NCBI GenBank assembly: GCA_002256025.1
Contig: NKIB01014316.1
Span: 1 to 45,005, forward strand
DNA: 45,005 nt
Direction: 5' to 3'
From: Asterionella formosa
Lineage: Eukaryota
Below, piece after piece: positions 1-11,546 of the stretch. Within the stretch, counting starts at the first letter, position 1; each line of letters opens with the position of its first letter. Below the pieces are notes generated by a model that searched no databases, was not told where the DNA came from, and saw nothing but the letters and a program-made list of their open reading frames with translations. Both the position numbers and the translations under genes were made by a program.

Positions 1-1
1 G

Positions 2-250
2 CCAACTAGCTTTCCTACTATCCAGCCCACAAGCAAGCCGAACTCCCAGCCAACTAGTTTTCCTACCATCCAATCCACGAGCAAGCCAACTAACTTTCCT
101 ACTATCCAGTCCACAAGCAAGCCAACTAGCTTTCCTACCATCCAGTTCACAAGCAAGCCGACCTCCCAGCCAACTAATTTTCCTACCATCCAGTCCACAA
201 GCAAGCCAACTAGCTTTCCTATCATCCAGTCCACTAGTAAGCCTACCACC
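2..250 (+). repeat. Coding minisatellite (36/48-bp units encoding PTSFPTIQSTSK)
   Basis: Repeated ccaactagctttcctac(c/t)atccagtccacaagcaag units, some with an extra 12-bp PTSQ/PNSQ insert. Confidence 0.9.
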
Positions 251-970
251 CAGTCAGTGGTTGTTTTGTTTGGACAAACATTTCCATGTGACACTACTAC
301 AAGATTGGAATTTTTGTTCAAGGGACTCAAGGGGACCATTCCCAGTGCAGTGGGTGAATTGACAAAGTTGACTTATTTGGACCTAACAGTTAATAGACTT
401 ATGGGAACCATTCCCAGTGCATTGTGTCAATTAACAAGTCTCACTGTTCTATATTTGTCCTCCAATACTTTTACAGGCACACTTCCCACAGAGATTGGAC
501 TCTTGAGAAGTCTAAATTATCTATCTTTGTCCTTCAATACTTTCAATGGCACACTTCCCACAGAGATTGGACTCTTGACAAGTCTCATTGATCTATCTTT
601 GTCCTCCATTACTTTCAATGGCACACTTCCCACAGAGATTGGACTTTTGACAAGTCTCACTTATCTATCTTTGTTCTCCAATACTTTCACTGGCAAACTT
701 CCCACAGAAATTGGACTCTTGACAAGTCTCAATTATCTATATTTGTACTCCAATAAATTCAATGGCATGCTTCCCACAGAGATTGGACTCTTGACAAGTC
801 TCAATTATCTATATTTGTCCTCCAATAAATTCACAGGTACAGTGCCAGCTGAGATATGGCCTGGACTTAAAACAAGTCTCACTGCACTATCATTGAGCAA
901 AAATTTATTAACTGGTTCAGTCCCTGCAGATTTTTCATGTCAACTCCATAATTGTGGCCAATATGCCTAA
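2..970 (+). CDS. Leucine-rich-repeat protein with Pro/Thr/Ser-rich (PT-repeat) stalk, 5' partial
   Basis: The frame of ORF 257..970 is open back to position 2 (PTSFPTIQPTSKP... repeats). About 8 plant-type 24-aa LRRs follow (LxxLxLSxNxFxGxLPTEIGLL). Stop TAA at 968-970. Confidence 0.9.
   Translation, partial: PTSFPTIQPTSKPNSQPTSFPTIQSTSKPTNFPTIQSTSKPTSFPTIQFTSKPTSQPTNFPTIQSTSKPTSFPIIQSTSKPTTQSVVVLFGQTFPCDTTTRLEFLFKGLKGTIPSAVGELTKLTYLDLTVNRLMGTIPSALCQLTSLTVLYLSSNTFTGTLPTEIGLLRSLNYLSLSFNTFNGTLPTEIGLLTSLIDLSLSSITFNGTLPTEIGLLTSLTYLSLFSNTFTGKLPTEIGLLTSLNYLYLYSNKFNGMLPTEIGLLTSLNYLYLSSNKFTGTVPAEIWPGLKTSLTALSLSKNLLTGSVPADFSCQLHNCGQYA
430..840 (+). repeat. 72-bp tandem LRR-coding repeat
   Basis: The motif attggact(c/t)ttga(c/g)aagtct recurs at 494, 566, 638, 710 and 782 (period 72). 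Confidence 0.9.
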
Positions 971-1353
971 TGCACACAATTTAAACAACATATATATAAA
1001 ATGGACAATTTAGGATTCAAATTTAGTTCCCTTTACAATACTTTTAATTATTTTTACAAATAAATACCAATATTATTCTATATTGAGGTTATGTAAATGC
1101 AAGTATATTGAGACACATGATGTTATATCATAATAAATATAATATAGTCAGCAAAATATAGTTTTTTATATAACCAGTACTCTCTACTGGTCTGTTGTAG
1201 CATGTAACTACAGGAACTTGATGCTCCACACACTTTACTTGGAAAGATCATAGGAGCGGTTGACAGAAATGCCGAAGTAGAAAAAGTCACATACAAAAAC
1301 TGTGTTTTATCCAAGAAAATCGACCTTGTATCAAGTTTTCCCACAAAAACGCT

Positions 1354-1466
1354 AAAGAACGCGAAGTTCGCAACAGACGGCAGAAAACGTCGCATATCCG
1401 GGCTTTCCCGTTCTTTTGCGGTTGTTGTGTGTTCGTCTCTGGTCTTTTGCGAACTTCGCGTTCTTT
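1354..1466. repeat. Inverted repeat (25-bp arms, 1 mismatch)
   Basis: aaagaacgcgaagttcgcaacagac (1354-1378) pairs with gtcttttgcgaacttcgcgttcttt (1442-1466). Confidence 0.85.
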
Positions 1467-2385
1467 TGCGGTCTTTTCGTTCAAACTCTCTTGTGAGCTT
1501 ATCCGGTTGCTGAGAGGCTAGTACAGTCATTGGATTGTAGTAAGCCCGCAAGGATTGCGAATTGCTAGTGTAGATGAATTAAACTAGTGTTGTAAATTAT
1601 CAGTTCTAGAAATTATGACTAGTATAAACTGACTGCGAATTTTCGAGAACTTAATCTTTGACTTTCACAAGGTGATTCACAAGATGATGGATTCACAGGG
1701 GATTCACAGAGAGGTTCTCAATTTGTAAATAAGCAGTACAATCAATTGCTGTGATGGCAACGCAATCAGTTGTTGTGAATGTAATTGAGAATGCATTAAA
1801 AAGCAAAATGTGATGGATAACATACATGTAGGTATCATGCTGTGCAAACCAACCAATTTTCACACTTTGGTACCTGGTATGCAAATACGTATGTATATTG
1901 AGCTGCAATATATATTGAAGTGCATGTGATTGCGCATGTGCTGTGCTTGCATCATAGAAAGGAAATCATGCTCAAATCATGCTATCAATTTGCGCATAAA
2001 TCCACATCTCTCAGTGTGATACTACCAGGTATACGATTTCTTGCCGTGTATTGATGGGAAATTTATGGCGCTTCTTCCTAGCGTGCTAGTACTGCCCTGG
2101 AATGACTGGTCGAGATGCATCTTTCTCGCGCTGCTCGTCTGCATATTATTCTGCTATATAAATACTGTCTATTTCCGTTTAGACATTCCTCAGACTACAT
2201 CTAGTCTTCGGACACCTGTCGACATCAACAGCCTAAAGAACACATTCTGACATATTGGAAGCAATGTTCATATTGTCCCTGGATGTTTAATGCCATGTCA
2301 GAGCTCAAATTCGTTGTGACAAGATGATTGCTGCATATAATTTTCAAGAAGGTGGGGAATTTTAGGTTAATTTAATTGCCCCTGA

Positions 2386-2539
2386 GGGTCATTTTAGGTT
2401 ATTCCGCACCTATAATTCAGGAAATGATTGAGAATATTTTCTCGTCCTATGGACAAATGTTGGTACAAGGCTACAGATAAAGTTAAACTTCCTTTTCAGT
2501 TCTTGGAATTTTAGGTGCAGGAAAACCTAATAGTGACTC
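2386..2539. repeat. Imperfect ~40-bp inverted repeat, MITE-like relic
   Basis: gggtcattttaggttattccgcacctataattcaggaa matches the reverse complement of ttcttggaattttaggtgcaggaaaacctaatagtgactc. Confidence 0.55.
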
Positions 2540-2637
2540 GCTGCATTCAATACTTTTGTACAGTGTAAAACAGATGACGGATTCTGATGGTTCATACCGT
2601 ACTTACTAGCTTGAGGTTGGTATGTGATGCATTGGAT

Positions 2638-2782
2638 GTACCGGTACCGGTACCAGGTACCAGGTACCTGATACCTGACATGGAGCATTGATGTACCGGT
2701 AGATAAATAGAGAATTATACTGGATGGTAGTTATGACTTACTATGATATTATGGAGTACTAATACCGGTACAAGGTACCAGG
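2638..2782. repeat. GGTACC(A/T)/TACCGGTA palindromic repeat cluster
   Basis: gtaccggtaccggtaccaggtaccaggtacctg at ~2638-2670, with further TACCGGTA at 2694 and 2763. Confidence 0.85.
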
Positions 2783-2977
2783 TGAGCTATCTTGCGCATC
2801 AATACAGAAGTATATAGGGTTAGTGTTATATCATATATATCAGAACTCAATAATGAGAGAACTCAACTAACCCTTATTGTATACTTTGGTGTCGACTTAG
2901 AGAATGAGTTGCACACAACAATTAACTAATAAGCTCATATATTCAACAAATACTACTACTTCTAGTTAGATACTTCA
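2783..2977 (+). repeat. Putative 5' LTR (TG...CA)
   Basis: 2783-2888 matches 7099-7204, and 2960-2978 matches 8875-8893 (18/19). It ends ...gatacttca. Confidence 0.65.
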
Positions 2978-4972
2978 CTTTGAATTCAAAAAGAGTCTAA
3001 TTAGAATTAATAATCATGTTGATATACTATCCTCTCAAGTTCCAGTGGTCCCATTGATGAAGGATAACAACATACTAAACATCAAGACTCAGACCTATTT
3101 GTGTATCCTTACAAGATGTTTGGAGTCTTTCAACAAAGAAATGATAAATTGACGCTCAGGGGTAGCTTGTTGATTGATTTCAGTAAATCCTGTGATATAG
3201 CTATCACATATATCTTCAGGACCAGCAGATTTCTTGCTTGTTCTCCTACTGCTAAAGAATATGCCTTGTCTGACTGGATAAGCATTGCTATACACCCAGA
3301 TGCTCAGTCCTATGACAGTCCCAGAAAAAAATGGTGAGGTGGCTGGAGCATTATTGTACTTATGATATGTTGCTTTGAGAGTCAGCATCAGTGGATGTGG
3401 ATTTTCTGATAATACTCGATAAAACCGTTCAACGTGCTGTTGATGAATGTCGCTGGCTGTCTCAAGACTTTAAAGAAGTTCCTAAAACTTATGATACCTC
3501 ATCCAGAAGATCAAGAGGTCTCCGCCAAGGAAGATTTGAGGTTGATTGTCATTTTGCTTTATTGACAATTCGTGGCAGCAAGTGTTTGAATGGAACAATA
3601 AATAAAAGACACAAAATAATTGATTCGCTTGGTTTTGACTTACTTCGAGAGTCAACAATCAATTAAAGATCAACTCAAGCACATCCTTAAGCATGAGTTC
3701 TACCATAAGCCGAAATCGACTTACGGATGATCGCGGAAGGCAATCGTGTTATGTCGAGAGAATGCGTGTGCCTGGTATTAATTTTCTACCACAAAAATCG
3801 TCTATACATAGTTGAAGTTGAAGACAATCCCATGATGCATCAAGAAAACAAGCGTGACTAGTGTCAATTTTAACAAAAGATCGTCTTCGCATGCTGAATG
3901 CAGTCGCATGATGCACCAAGAAAACAACTATTTCACGCGAAAATTTGTAATGATGATTTATACTAAGTGGCAATGGCAGGGCACATGCATTTGAATGTAG
4001 CTGGCCATGCATGGGATGCGAAACAACAGTCAAACATAAGGCCCATCGAGTTAACATTACTAACACTACTAACCCTGTTCCTGTTCCTCTGGCGTGGAAA
4101 TTCCACGCGGAGCGAATTATCATACTGACACAGCTAACCCTATTCATGATTTTTCTTCCGTGCATGTTTTATACAAGCAAATCAATGGGTTAACCCTATG
4201 ATGATGTCTGTTTAGGGTACTGGACTGTGCAGAGGGCCATTCCTGCCGACTTTTATGAATCTGTCCAGGAAATTTAAGTGGTCATGAAGCCTCCTGTTGG
4301 TCAGCTAGTGGCCTATGTGCCTAATAAAAACCAGAAGAATGCTGAACAGATCGCCTTAACAGAAGTATGTGCGACAATAGCAACAATGCTATGATTTTAA
4401 TAATAATATATATATATATATATTAATGAGCGACAGCACATTAAATATGTCTTACGTCAATCATTACCTGGATAATATTGTTTTTTACAGGATAATTACA
4501 GGTTGGATATCACCGCTATTGTAACATGGGATGTTTTAAAATGCAAAGGTAGATTCAATATATCATTCCATATGCACATCTCAAGGCCTGATTCCGGTCT
4601 CATTCTTTCTTTGCCTAAGAATGCATAAGCTTCATTGCATTTCATTCCTATTTCATTAGCAACCCAAGGATTGGTGGCTGCTTTGTATATACATGACATA
4701 AGATGAATGTTATTTGATTGCGGTGGGTCCTGATCTTCAACTTATGAATGAATTGTACTTCAGGATATTTCGTTGCTTGTCCATCGAACATTTTTAATTT
4801 ATATATACCATGCATAGCAGGTATGATCCCATCTTTTCTTCCTTTGCCAGTACTCTTTCATAAAACATGCATGATGCTCCAAAAATTTAATCCGTCAGCT
4901 TGTATCCTGCAACAGAAGTACCTGGTCTTAGTACATTCTGCAAGTTTGCTCATTTGTCCAGCTGGTTAATTT

Positions 4973-7074
4973 ATGACGGATTTTGTACAAAATAACATGT
5001 CCTGTGTGGTGGATATATCAGTGTTTTTCTGCATGTCATTGATTCCAATAATGATACAGATCATTTACATAATGGGTTGTTATATTTTGATACACCTATC
5101 AAGGATTATGTTTACACATGGAACATTAAAGCTGCAAACTATACAGATACGGAAAGCTGCGCGATGTTATGGCTGAAATAAATGTATTTAACCACAAGTC
5201 ATCAAGCAAATTTCCAAAATGAAATGGTCTGTTGAAGAAACTGACTCATTGGGATATCGATAAAATCCAACCGACCTCAAATTTTGGTCTTCAAAATCAA
5301 AAAAGGATTTAAATGGAACTGGTCCATTTGTCTGGTTACCTATGCATAAATCAACAAGCTTTTGAATCAATGAAAGCATTGTTGTTAGTTGCAGATACAC
5401 TCATGCGTTTTCCTGATCGTAATTTTCCTTTCTATATTTTTACTGCTGTTTCTGATTGTCAATTAAGAAACTTTCAACGGATTTCGCTCTATGCATGTCA
5501 TTGAATGCGGTTCTACATGTTCACACTGAGCATTGTATTTTTATTTATTATACCCTACACAGACACTCAACGTCTTCTCCGGTGGAGGATTTATATTCAA
5601 GAATATTTTCTTCTTACTTTTCACGATGTGAAGGGTACTGATAATGCTAACTATTACAGATTCTATCTCTCGCCTCCCGAGGCTTGAGTCTTTGGTGGGG
5701 GATGATATTGGGCCGAAATTTTCAGCATCGGCATCAACAACCACTTCTACTTTCTCAATTGAATTAGATGATGAACCTCTGCTCATCTGTTTCCTCAATC
5801 ATCCAATCTTGGCAGCCAATATTCAATATCCTCCTGATTATAATTTAATACATGGCTGATAGAAAATTTCTGGATAAACAATTGATTCTCAAACAATCAA
5901 CACAGCCATCTCTTTTTCAATCAACAAACACATCCGTTAAAATTTCCCTCTATCAATTTTCATGACATACATTTCATATGTTTTGTGAAGAATCCAGGAG
6001 ATACTTGGCATATTGCTATTCCTACATCACTGTTATTGGATCTTATTATTAATTGGGATCATCAGATGTTAGCTCATGTGGGTATGACAAGATTAAATGC
6101 TACAATTTCTACACATTTTTATTACCCTCCATTAAAAGCAAGAGTGGAACATATTGAAATCCTCCATTAAAATAAGAGTGGAACACATTGCAAGCATGTG
6201 TGAAGCCTGTCAAAACGTACAAAATGACCTGGTGCTGGTTTTTGGTGAACTTCCACCAAGGAATACATTGTTATTACAATGGTCAGAAGTCACAGTGGAT
6301 TTCATTGGTCCACGGAAGATAACAGTGGCTGCACAAACGATTGAATTTCGTGCTCTAACTTGAGTTTAATACAGTCACCAATTTACCAGAAATTTCACGT
6401 ATCAATAATAAGACATCAAAATATATTGCGATGAAATTTGAAAGTGTTTGGTTAGACAAATATCTCCGTCCAGAACGTTGTATACATGACAATGGAGGTG
6501 AATTTACTGGTATTCTTTTCATACACTTGTTAGTGTTGAATGGAATTAAAAATGGGACCATTACAGTCAAGAGTCCATAAACAAAAGCTATCTGTGAACA
6601 TTTACATCAATCTATCAGTAACAGTCCACGAAGTATGTTGAAGGCTCATCCTCCAATCAAGGAATTTCAATCTCAGAATATCGTGGATACCCTGTTTGCT
6701 GCATCATATGCAGCTCGAGCTACTATTTCTAGCACATTGACTATTTCATCAGGAATATGACTGGGTTTTCCAACATGATATGATATTAAATATACCTTTG
6801 ATTACAGATATGCAAATTGATATTGGGACATCAATGTCGATAAGTGATAATTGACAAATGTCTACGTCGTGATAGTTTCCATCATCGTTCTTGTGATTAC
6901 AAAGTTGGTGATGAGATTTTAATCCTATTGGATAATCCTACTACCTTGGATGACTGTGGACAAGGTCCTTATTCTAATATTCAAGTATATGCCAATGGTA
7001 TAGTTACTTTTCAACAAACCATGCATACTACGGAACGAATTAATATTCATTGCATCAACCCTTTTCAAAGGTAA
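4973..7074 (+). pseudogene. Gypsy pol remnant (RT connection, RNase H, integrase)
   Basis: Fragments across frames: QQAFESMKALL..ADTLMRFPD.NFPFYIFTAVSD.QL (RNase H), TQRLLRWRIYIQEY, DSISRLP, HQMLAHVGMTRL...CEACQ (integrase zinc finger), WSEVTVDFIGP, RPERCIHDNGGEFTG (integrase core), YKVGDEILI...GPY. Many stops and frameshifts, including a ~35-bp tandem duplication at ~6125-6190. Confidence 0.9.
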
Positions 7075-7098
7075 AAGGTTTTCCTTGGTGTGTGAGAG

Positions 7099-7204
7099 TG
7101 AGAGATCTTGCGCATCAATACAGAAGTATATAGGGTTAGTGTTATATCATATATATCAGAACTCAATAATGAGAGAAATCGACTAACCCTCATTGTATAC
7201 TTTG
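7099..7204 (+). repeat. 3' LTR, 5' portion
   Basis: tgagagatcttgcgcatcaatacagaag...cattgtatactttg is nearly identical to 2783-2888. Confidence 0.85.
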
Positions 7205-7627
7205 AAACTCTGATTTTGAAATTTTGATGCTAATGAATTGCTACTAGTAGTTATTGAAATGAGCAAAGGAATTAATTTGGTTCAAGCAGTCAACCGAAGA
7301 ATCAGGCCATTGTTGAATGTTTTCAACAATTTTCAACAGGACAAGTAGTACTGACATGACTAATAGCTAGCTATTCATTTCATCTACATTCTATCATTTG
7401 GTTGAGGTTGAAATGAAGTGATAGTGAGTCGTAATTTACATATTGTGTGAATACTATAGTTACAATATTTTTTGTCATCTGCTCCGCCTTGAAATGTATT
7501 ATCAGTACTTTCTGTATTAGGTATCGATGGGTGTGGTCAGTCCGAGGTAGAAGTCGTTCTTGTGTGTACATTTTGTACCGACCAATTTTGAGGTGTCGAT
7601 TTGACCTAAAATTCAGGGTGTGAATAA

Positions 7628-7695
7628 GAAGTACGCAAACTTCGCAAAAGAACTCGAACTTCTCAGAAGTACGCAAACTTTGCAGAAGAACGCAC
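7628..7695 (+). repeat. 19-bp tandem repeat (~3.5 copies)
   Basis: agaagtacgcaaacttcgc / aaaagaactcgaacttctc / agaagtacgcaaactttgc / agaagaacgc. Confidence 0.75.
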
Positions 7696-9701
7696 GACTA
7701 GAATTTCATAGGATATTTAAGAAAAGCGATATCTGTGCACGATACACATAAGGAAATTTGCACATACTAAGTTAGTACAGAGTTTACTGTACCTCCCAGC
7801 AGGTATCATATGCTAACTGGCACAGATTTCTTTGCAACATGATACTTATTTCGTTATATGTATGATAAATGCATACTATAAGTATATGATCATGTCAAGC
7901 ATACTTAGAATTAAAAACAAACCACATAATTATCAAAACATAATCCTACTATGATGTAAATTCTTTCATCATATGATATCCTTCTTAACAGGGTGGTAAT
8001 TCCAATCAAAATCACTGATGAAAATAACTTGAAATGGATTGTATTTTTACTGCTATATCTATAAATGAATTTATGTTTCTATATTATGTGCCGTTACACA
8101 GCCAATGTTCTCCTTTTCTATTGTCGCAATGCTCTTGATGCACGCCTCCCGCCTCCCTTCAATGCTCTTTATGCATGATGCCTCCTGCATCCTTTTCACT
8201 CTGATTCTCAAACTCATCTGACTGGCTCCTGCCTCTCTCCTTTCCTTTTTCTCCGATTCTGAATTCCCATGCGCTATTCTATTGTTTTATCCATCTTGTT
8301 TTCCTAATCATACTTACAATGAGAAGGAATTACTTGTTAGCCAATTTTTTTACTACTTCTCCTTTTAGGTGAAACGACATAAGGCTAAAGCAAACAAGGA
8401 AATATGTGCAGACAACCACACTCCTAAGTAAAAGCTGAAAATTAGCCCTGTGTCAATCGAAGTCCTGCAAAGAAGCGGTTGTGACGGTTGAAGGACTAGC
8501 CAAATGGCAAGAGAGGGTTTTACAAATATGGATTCGGCTCGGTTTAGTTATCTCATTGTTTTGTGGATTCAATTCGAATTAGCCATGTGAAGGCTTCTAT
8601 GCCATTCAGGCCAATTTTTTACGATCTCCCCATCCACCCAGTCAGAACAGTGCAAACTACTATATTTGATTCCTCCGAGTCATGCCCAATACGGGTTACT
8701 TGGAACACAAATACCGGTAGTCAGTCGCACGTCGTACCTTAGCTACACTTATTCCCGAATTCTATGAGTATATTATTCTCTGTTTTAAGAGTAGCACTAA
8801 ACGTTACCATGCTATGCATGTCTGACCATATCGATGCAAATAATTATGACTGAGGAGGGATAAGGGAATCTTGATTCTAGTTTGATACTTCACCTCGTAC
8901 TAGTTTACCTGGTACCAGGTAGCTCCAGGTAGGATACACTTCGATGCAAATTATGGCTTGGTGGGCCCCCAAATTACATCAGGTATGCACCGGCCCGTTG
9001 TAGCTTGTTGTACATTGTAAAATTTAGCACAACCCAATATTTGTTGTGCATACATAAAAGTAGAGTCTTAGATGAACACTACCCACGCAAATTTATTTTC
9101 TAAAATTGAGTGTGCTCAACATATTTGATGTACAACTATAATTTCTGTTCATAAAAATCTTTGGAGGAAGGAAAAAAGAAAAGCAATTAAATCTTGAACG
9201 CATTGCATTTTGATCTCCATTATTGGCCATACATACTTTGATATACTTGTTGCGAAGTACACAGAGTTGGACTCAAGCAATGAGGGTACTTGTTCTCCAA
9301 CACATGATTCAGAAAGGTGCTATATAATTTAACTTACCTATTATTTTCACGTTCTAATGTATGTTATTAATTATATTCTAGCATTAACTATCTTCCCTAG
9401 TAGTTTGGAGGTTCATCAAACTTTTCATGGTCCATTCCTCCTTCTCAGACCAAATGTCCAGTGCATTTTGCTTTGAAATTTCAAGATGTTGTGCTTGCCT
9501 TGACAACCAATGTTAAAATCGCTCAAAATTAAATTGTAATGGATGCCCTCGAGGAACCATCGACTCATTCTAGTAGTCCAAATGTTCCAATTATTGAACC
9601 AGCAGTGAACAATCCACAAGATCACCATAAGGAACAAAGAGAAGAGAAGGTTAGTGATGGCAATTGCAATGGCCATTGTGATGACCAAATAACAAGCATT
9701 T

Positions 9702-9960
9702 TTGAGCGATAAATATTTAAAAGGTGACCAGTCAAAATTCTCCAGGCCTGCTTATTCCAATCCAATGTTTATCTGTCTAATCTTTGCACTTGGAATGTTT
9801 TTATGTCAATTCAATACAGGTAAATTGTTTCCAGACCATCACCAAGACAATAGATTTGTCACTTTCTTGAAACAAGTTTTGAGGAGCCATGATGATGAGC
9901 TTCTTGATCTTTGGATGGCAAGAATGAACTCTGCAGTAGTAGACAAAATGGTGGTAAATA
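9702..9960 (+). pseudogene. Crypton-like tyrosine-recombinase transposon fragment
   Basis: KGDQSKFSRPAYSNPMFICLIFALGMFL...GKLFPDHHQDNRF resembles the KxDQ...RHxYANP..ICPILALG...LFPG.xQ..RF block I recall from stramenopile Crypton proteins. Recognised by eye only. Confidence 0.5.
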
Positions 9961-10096
9961 ATGGTAACAATCAGCATTATATATGCTACCATCCTCAATT
10001 AGACTGCAGACATTGCTGGTGTTGCTCCTTTGCAAGAAAGAGAAGCATTTATCCATGGGAATTCTAGTGTACCAGTAATAGTAAAGAGGAATGGTG

Positions 10097-10465
10097 AGAG
10101 GAATGGCTTACGGTAGTTGATTGAGCACGTTGCCTTTGATCTGAGGTTGTGAGGTTCGATTCCCGCAATTTTTGTGTGAAGCAATTGTTGGGTTCGACTC
10201 CCACACTCCTTACCGTCCCGCACGGTCTTGCCTGGTGTGCAAGAAATAGTGGGTTGCCCCCCTACTAGCAGCTTGTGCCGCCTTCCTAGGCGGTCGGAGT
10301 TTCCCCTAACGCTGTGGCTAAGACAATCGTCTTTCGTGAAGGGTGGTTGGGGACTCGCCTACACTAACAAAACTAGGGAAGCACAGGTCTTGTCGGCAGG
10401 CAGCACAATGAATACTTGCCTTGAAAAAGGGGAGTAGGAATGGGCTATAAAACAAGATTATCATT
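10097..10465 (+). mobile_element. tRNA-derived SINE-like retroposon with 15-bp TSD
   Basis: A-box-like tggcttacgg near 10104. B boxes GGTTCGATTCC (10153-10163) and GGTTCGACTCC (10191-10201). GC-richer body and AT-rich tail. Flanked by taaagaggaatggtg (10082-10096) and taaagaggaatagtg (10466-10480). Confidence 0.75.
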
Positions 10466-11546
10466 TAAAGAGGAATAGTGTATGATTTAATACAGTTACA
10501 ATGTTCAACAGAATTATTGCTGTTCCATTTTTAATCCAAACTCTGTACATTATACTCTCTCACAAAATATACCTACTACGTACCGGTACACTGGTGAGAC
10601 ATGCATCATAATAACAGCTGCAATATATAATACCGGTATATGCTGATGCTGAGGTGATGCTCAATTTCGACATCAAGCATTACATCCAAGCTGATTCTGG
10701 ATTCCGTTTCTCCATTTACTCGTGGCTGGTACAAACGGAACACCGACCTTAGTGTCCGATAAATAAATAAGAAATGGTTGTGCAACTCAGCTGCTCCCTG
10801 TTGGTCCACTTCTGTCCACCCACCCTTCTCCTTGGGTACGGGTAAAAGAAATTCGACTCATTTCTGTCGTGGTTGTACCTATCTCCTCTGGTCTTCTTTG
10901 AGGTATTTCTCTTCGTAACAAGTCGTTCCTCTGTTTGTTCTTATCCCCAATGAAGAGTCAGCTGATCTTGAGACGTTTGGTGAGCAAGCGAAAAATGGCG
11001 AATTGTCGCTTTATGAGTTCCGAAGACTCGTCAAGTGGTTTGTTCTCGAAAGAGTGAGTGTGGTTACTGATGTCTGATAGTAGGAAATCATGGACTTGAT
11101 TTCTGCTAACCGCCACTTCCGTCAATATAGTATTGCATACAAGCCTGCTGAAAGTGGATGGGGGTGAGTTAAATTGATTCATTCGACACGGCGTCCTGAC
11201 AAAGGAAAAATCACTAACAATTCTCCCTTTTCCTAGTGCCGGAAAGAAATATACTAGCAACTACGACAACATATTTGCAACAAAGAAAGGAAAGGGAGAT
11301 AACTTAGAAAGTACACAAGAGATTCAGAACTCCAAGGATAATCGAGGAAAAGAAATCTGTGGTTGATACGCTGGGACAATTAGGTGTTGTGTCGCAGTGT
11401 TGGAGATCTTTCGGTACTTACTGGTTTTTTTAGTGACATATACCGGTATGTTATGTGCTGACTACCGGGCGATAATCTGAAATATGTTACTAAGATATCT
11501 AATACATAAAAATTAATTTTAAAAATCAACATTTTTGGGGATCTCC

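Larger units (their letters stand above)
2783..7204 (+). mobile_element. Degenerate Ty3/Gypsy LTR retrotransposon (may extend to 8892)
   Basis: A 106-bp direct repeat starting TG lies at 2783-2888 and 7099-7204 and brackets frameshifted RT/RNase H/integrase fragments in Gypsy order. A purine-rich stretch (gagag) precedes the second copy. Confidence 0.85.

Noticed and set aside
1123..1551. 142-aa minus-strand ORF
   Set aside because: It runs through the inverted repeat, has a non-ATG start and shows no protein-like features.
3101..3337. LIDFSKSCD resembling the non-LTR RT motif DFSKAFD
   Set aside because: No other RT motifs are recognisable in frame, so it may be chance.
9000..9140. Weak inverted repeat (ttgtacat...agcacaacccaat / attgagtgtgct...atgtacaa)
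   Set aside because: It is too degenerate and AT-rich to call a MITE without other copies.
10606..11260. Coding-like minus-strand fragments
   Set aside because: They are interrupted by stops and show no recognisable family.
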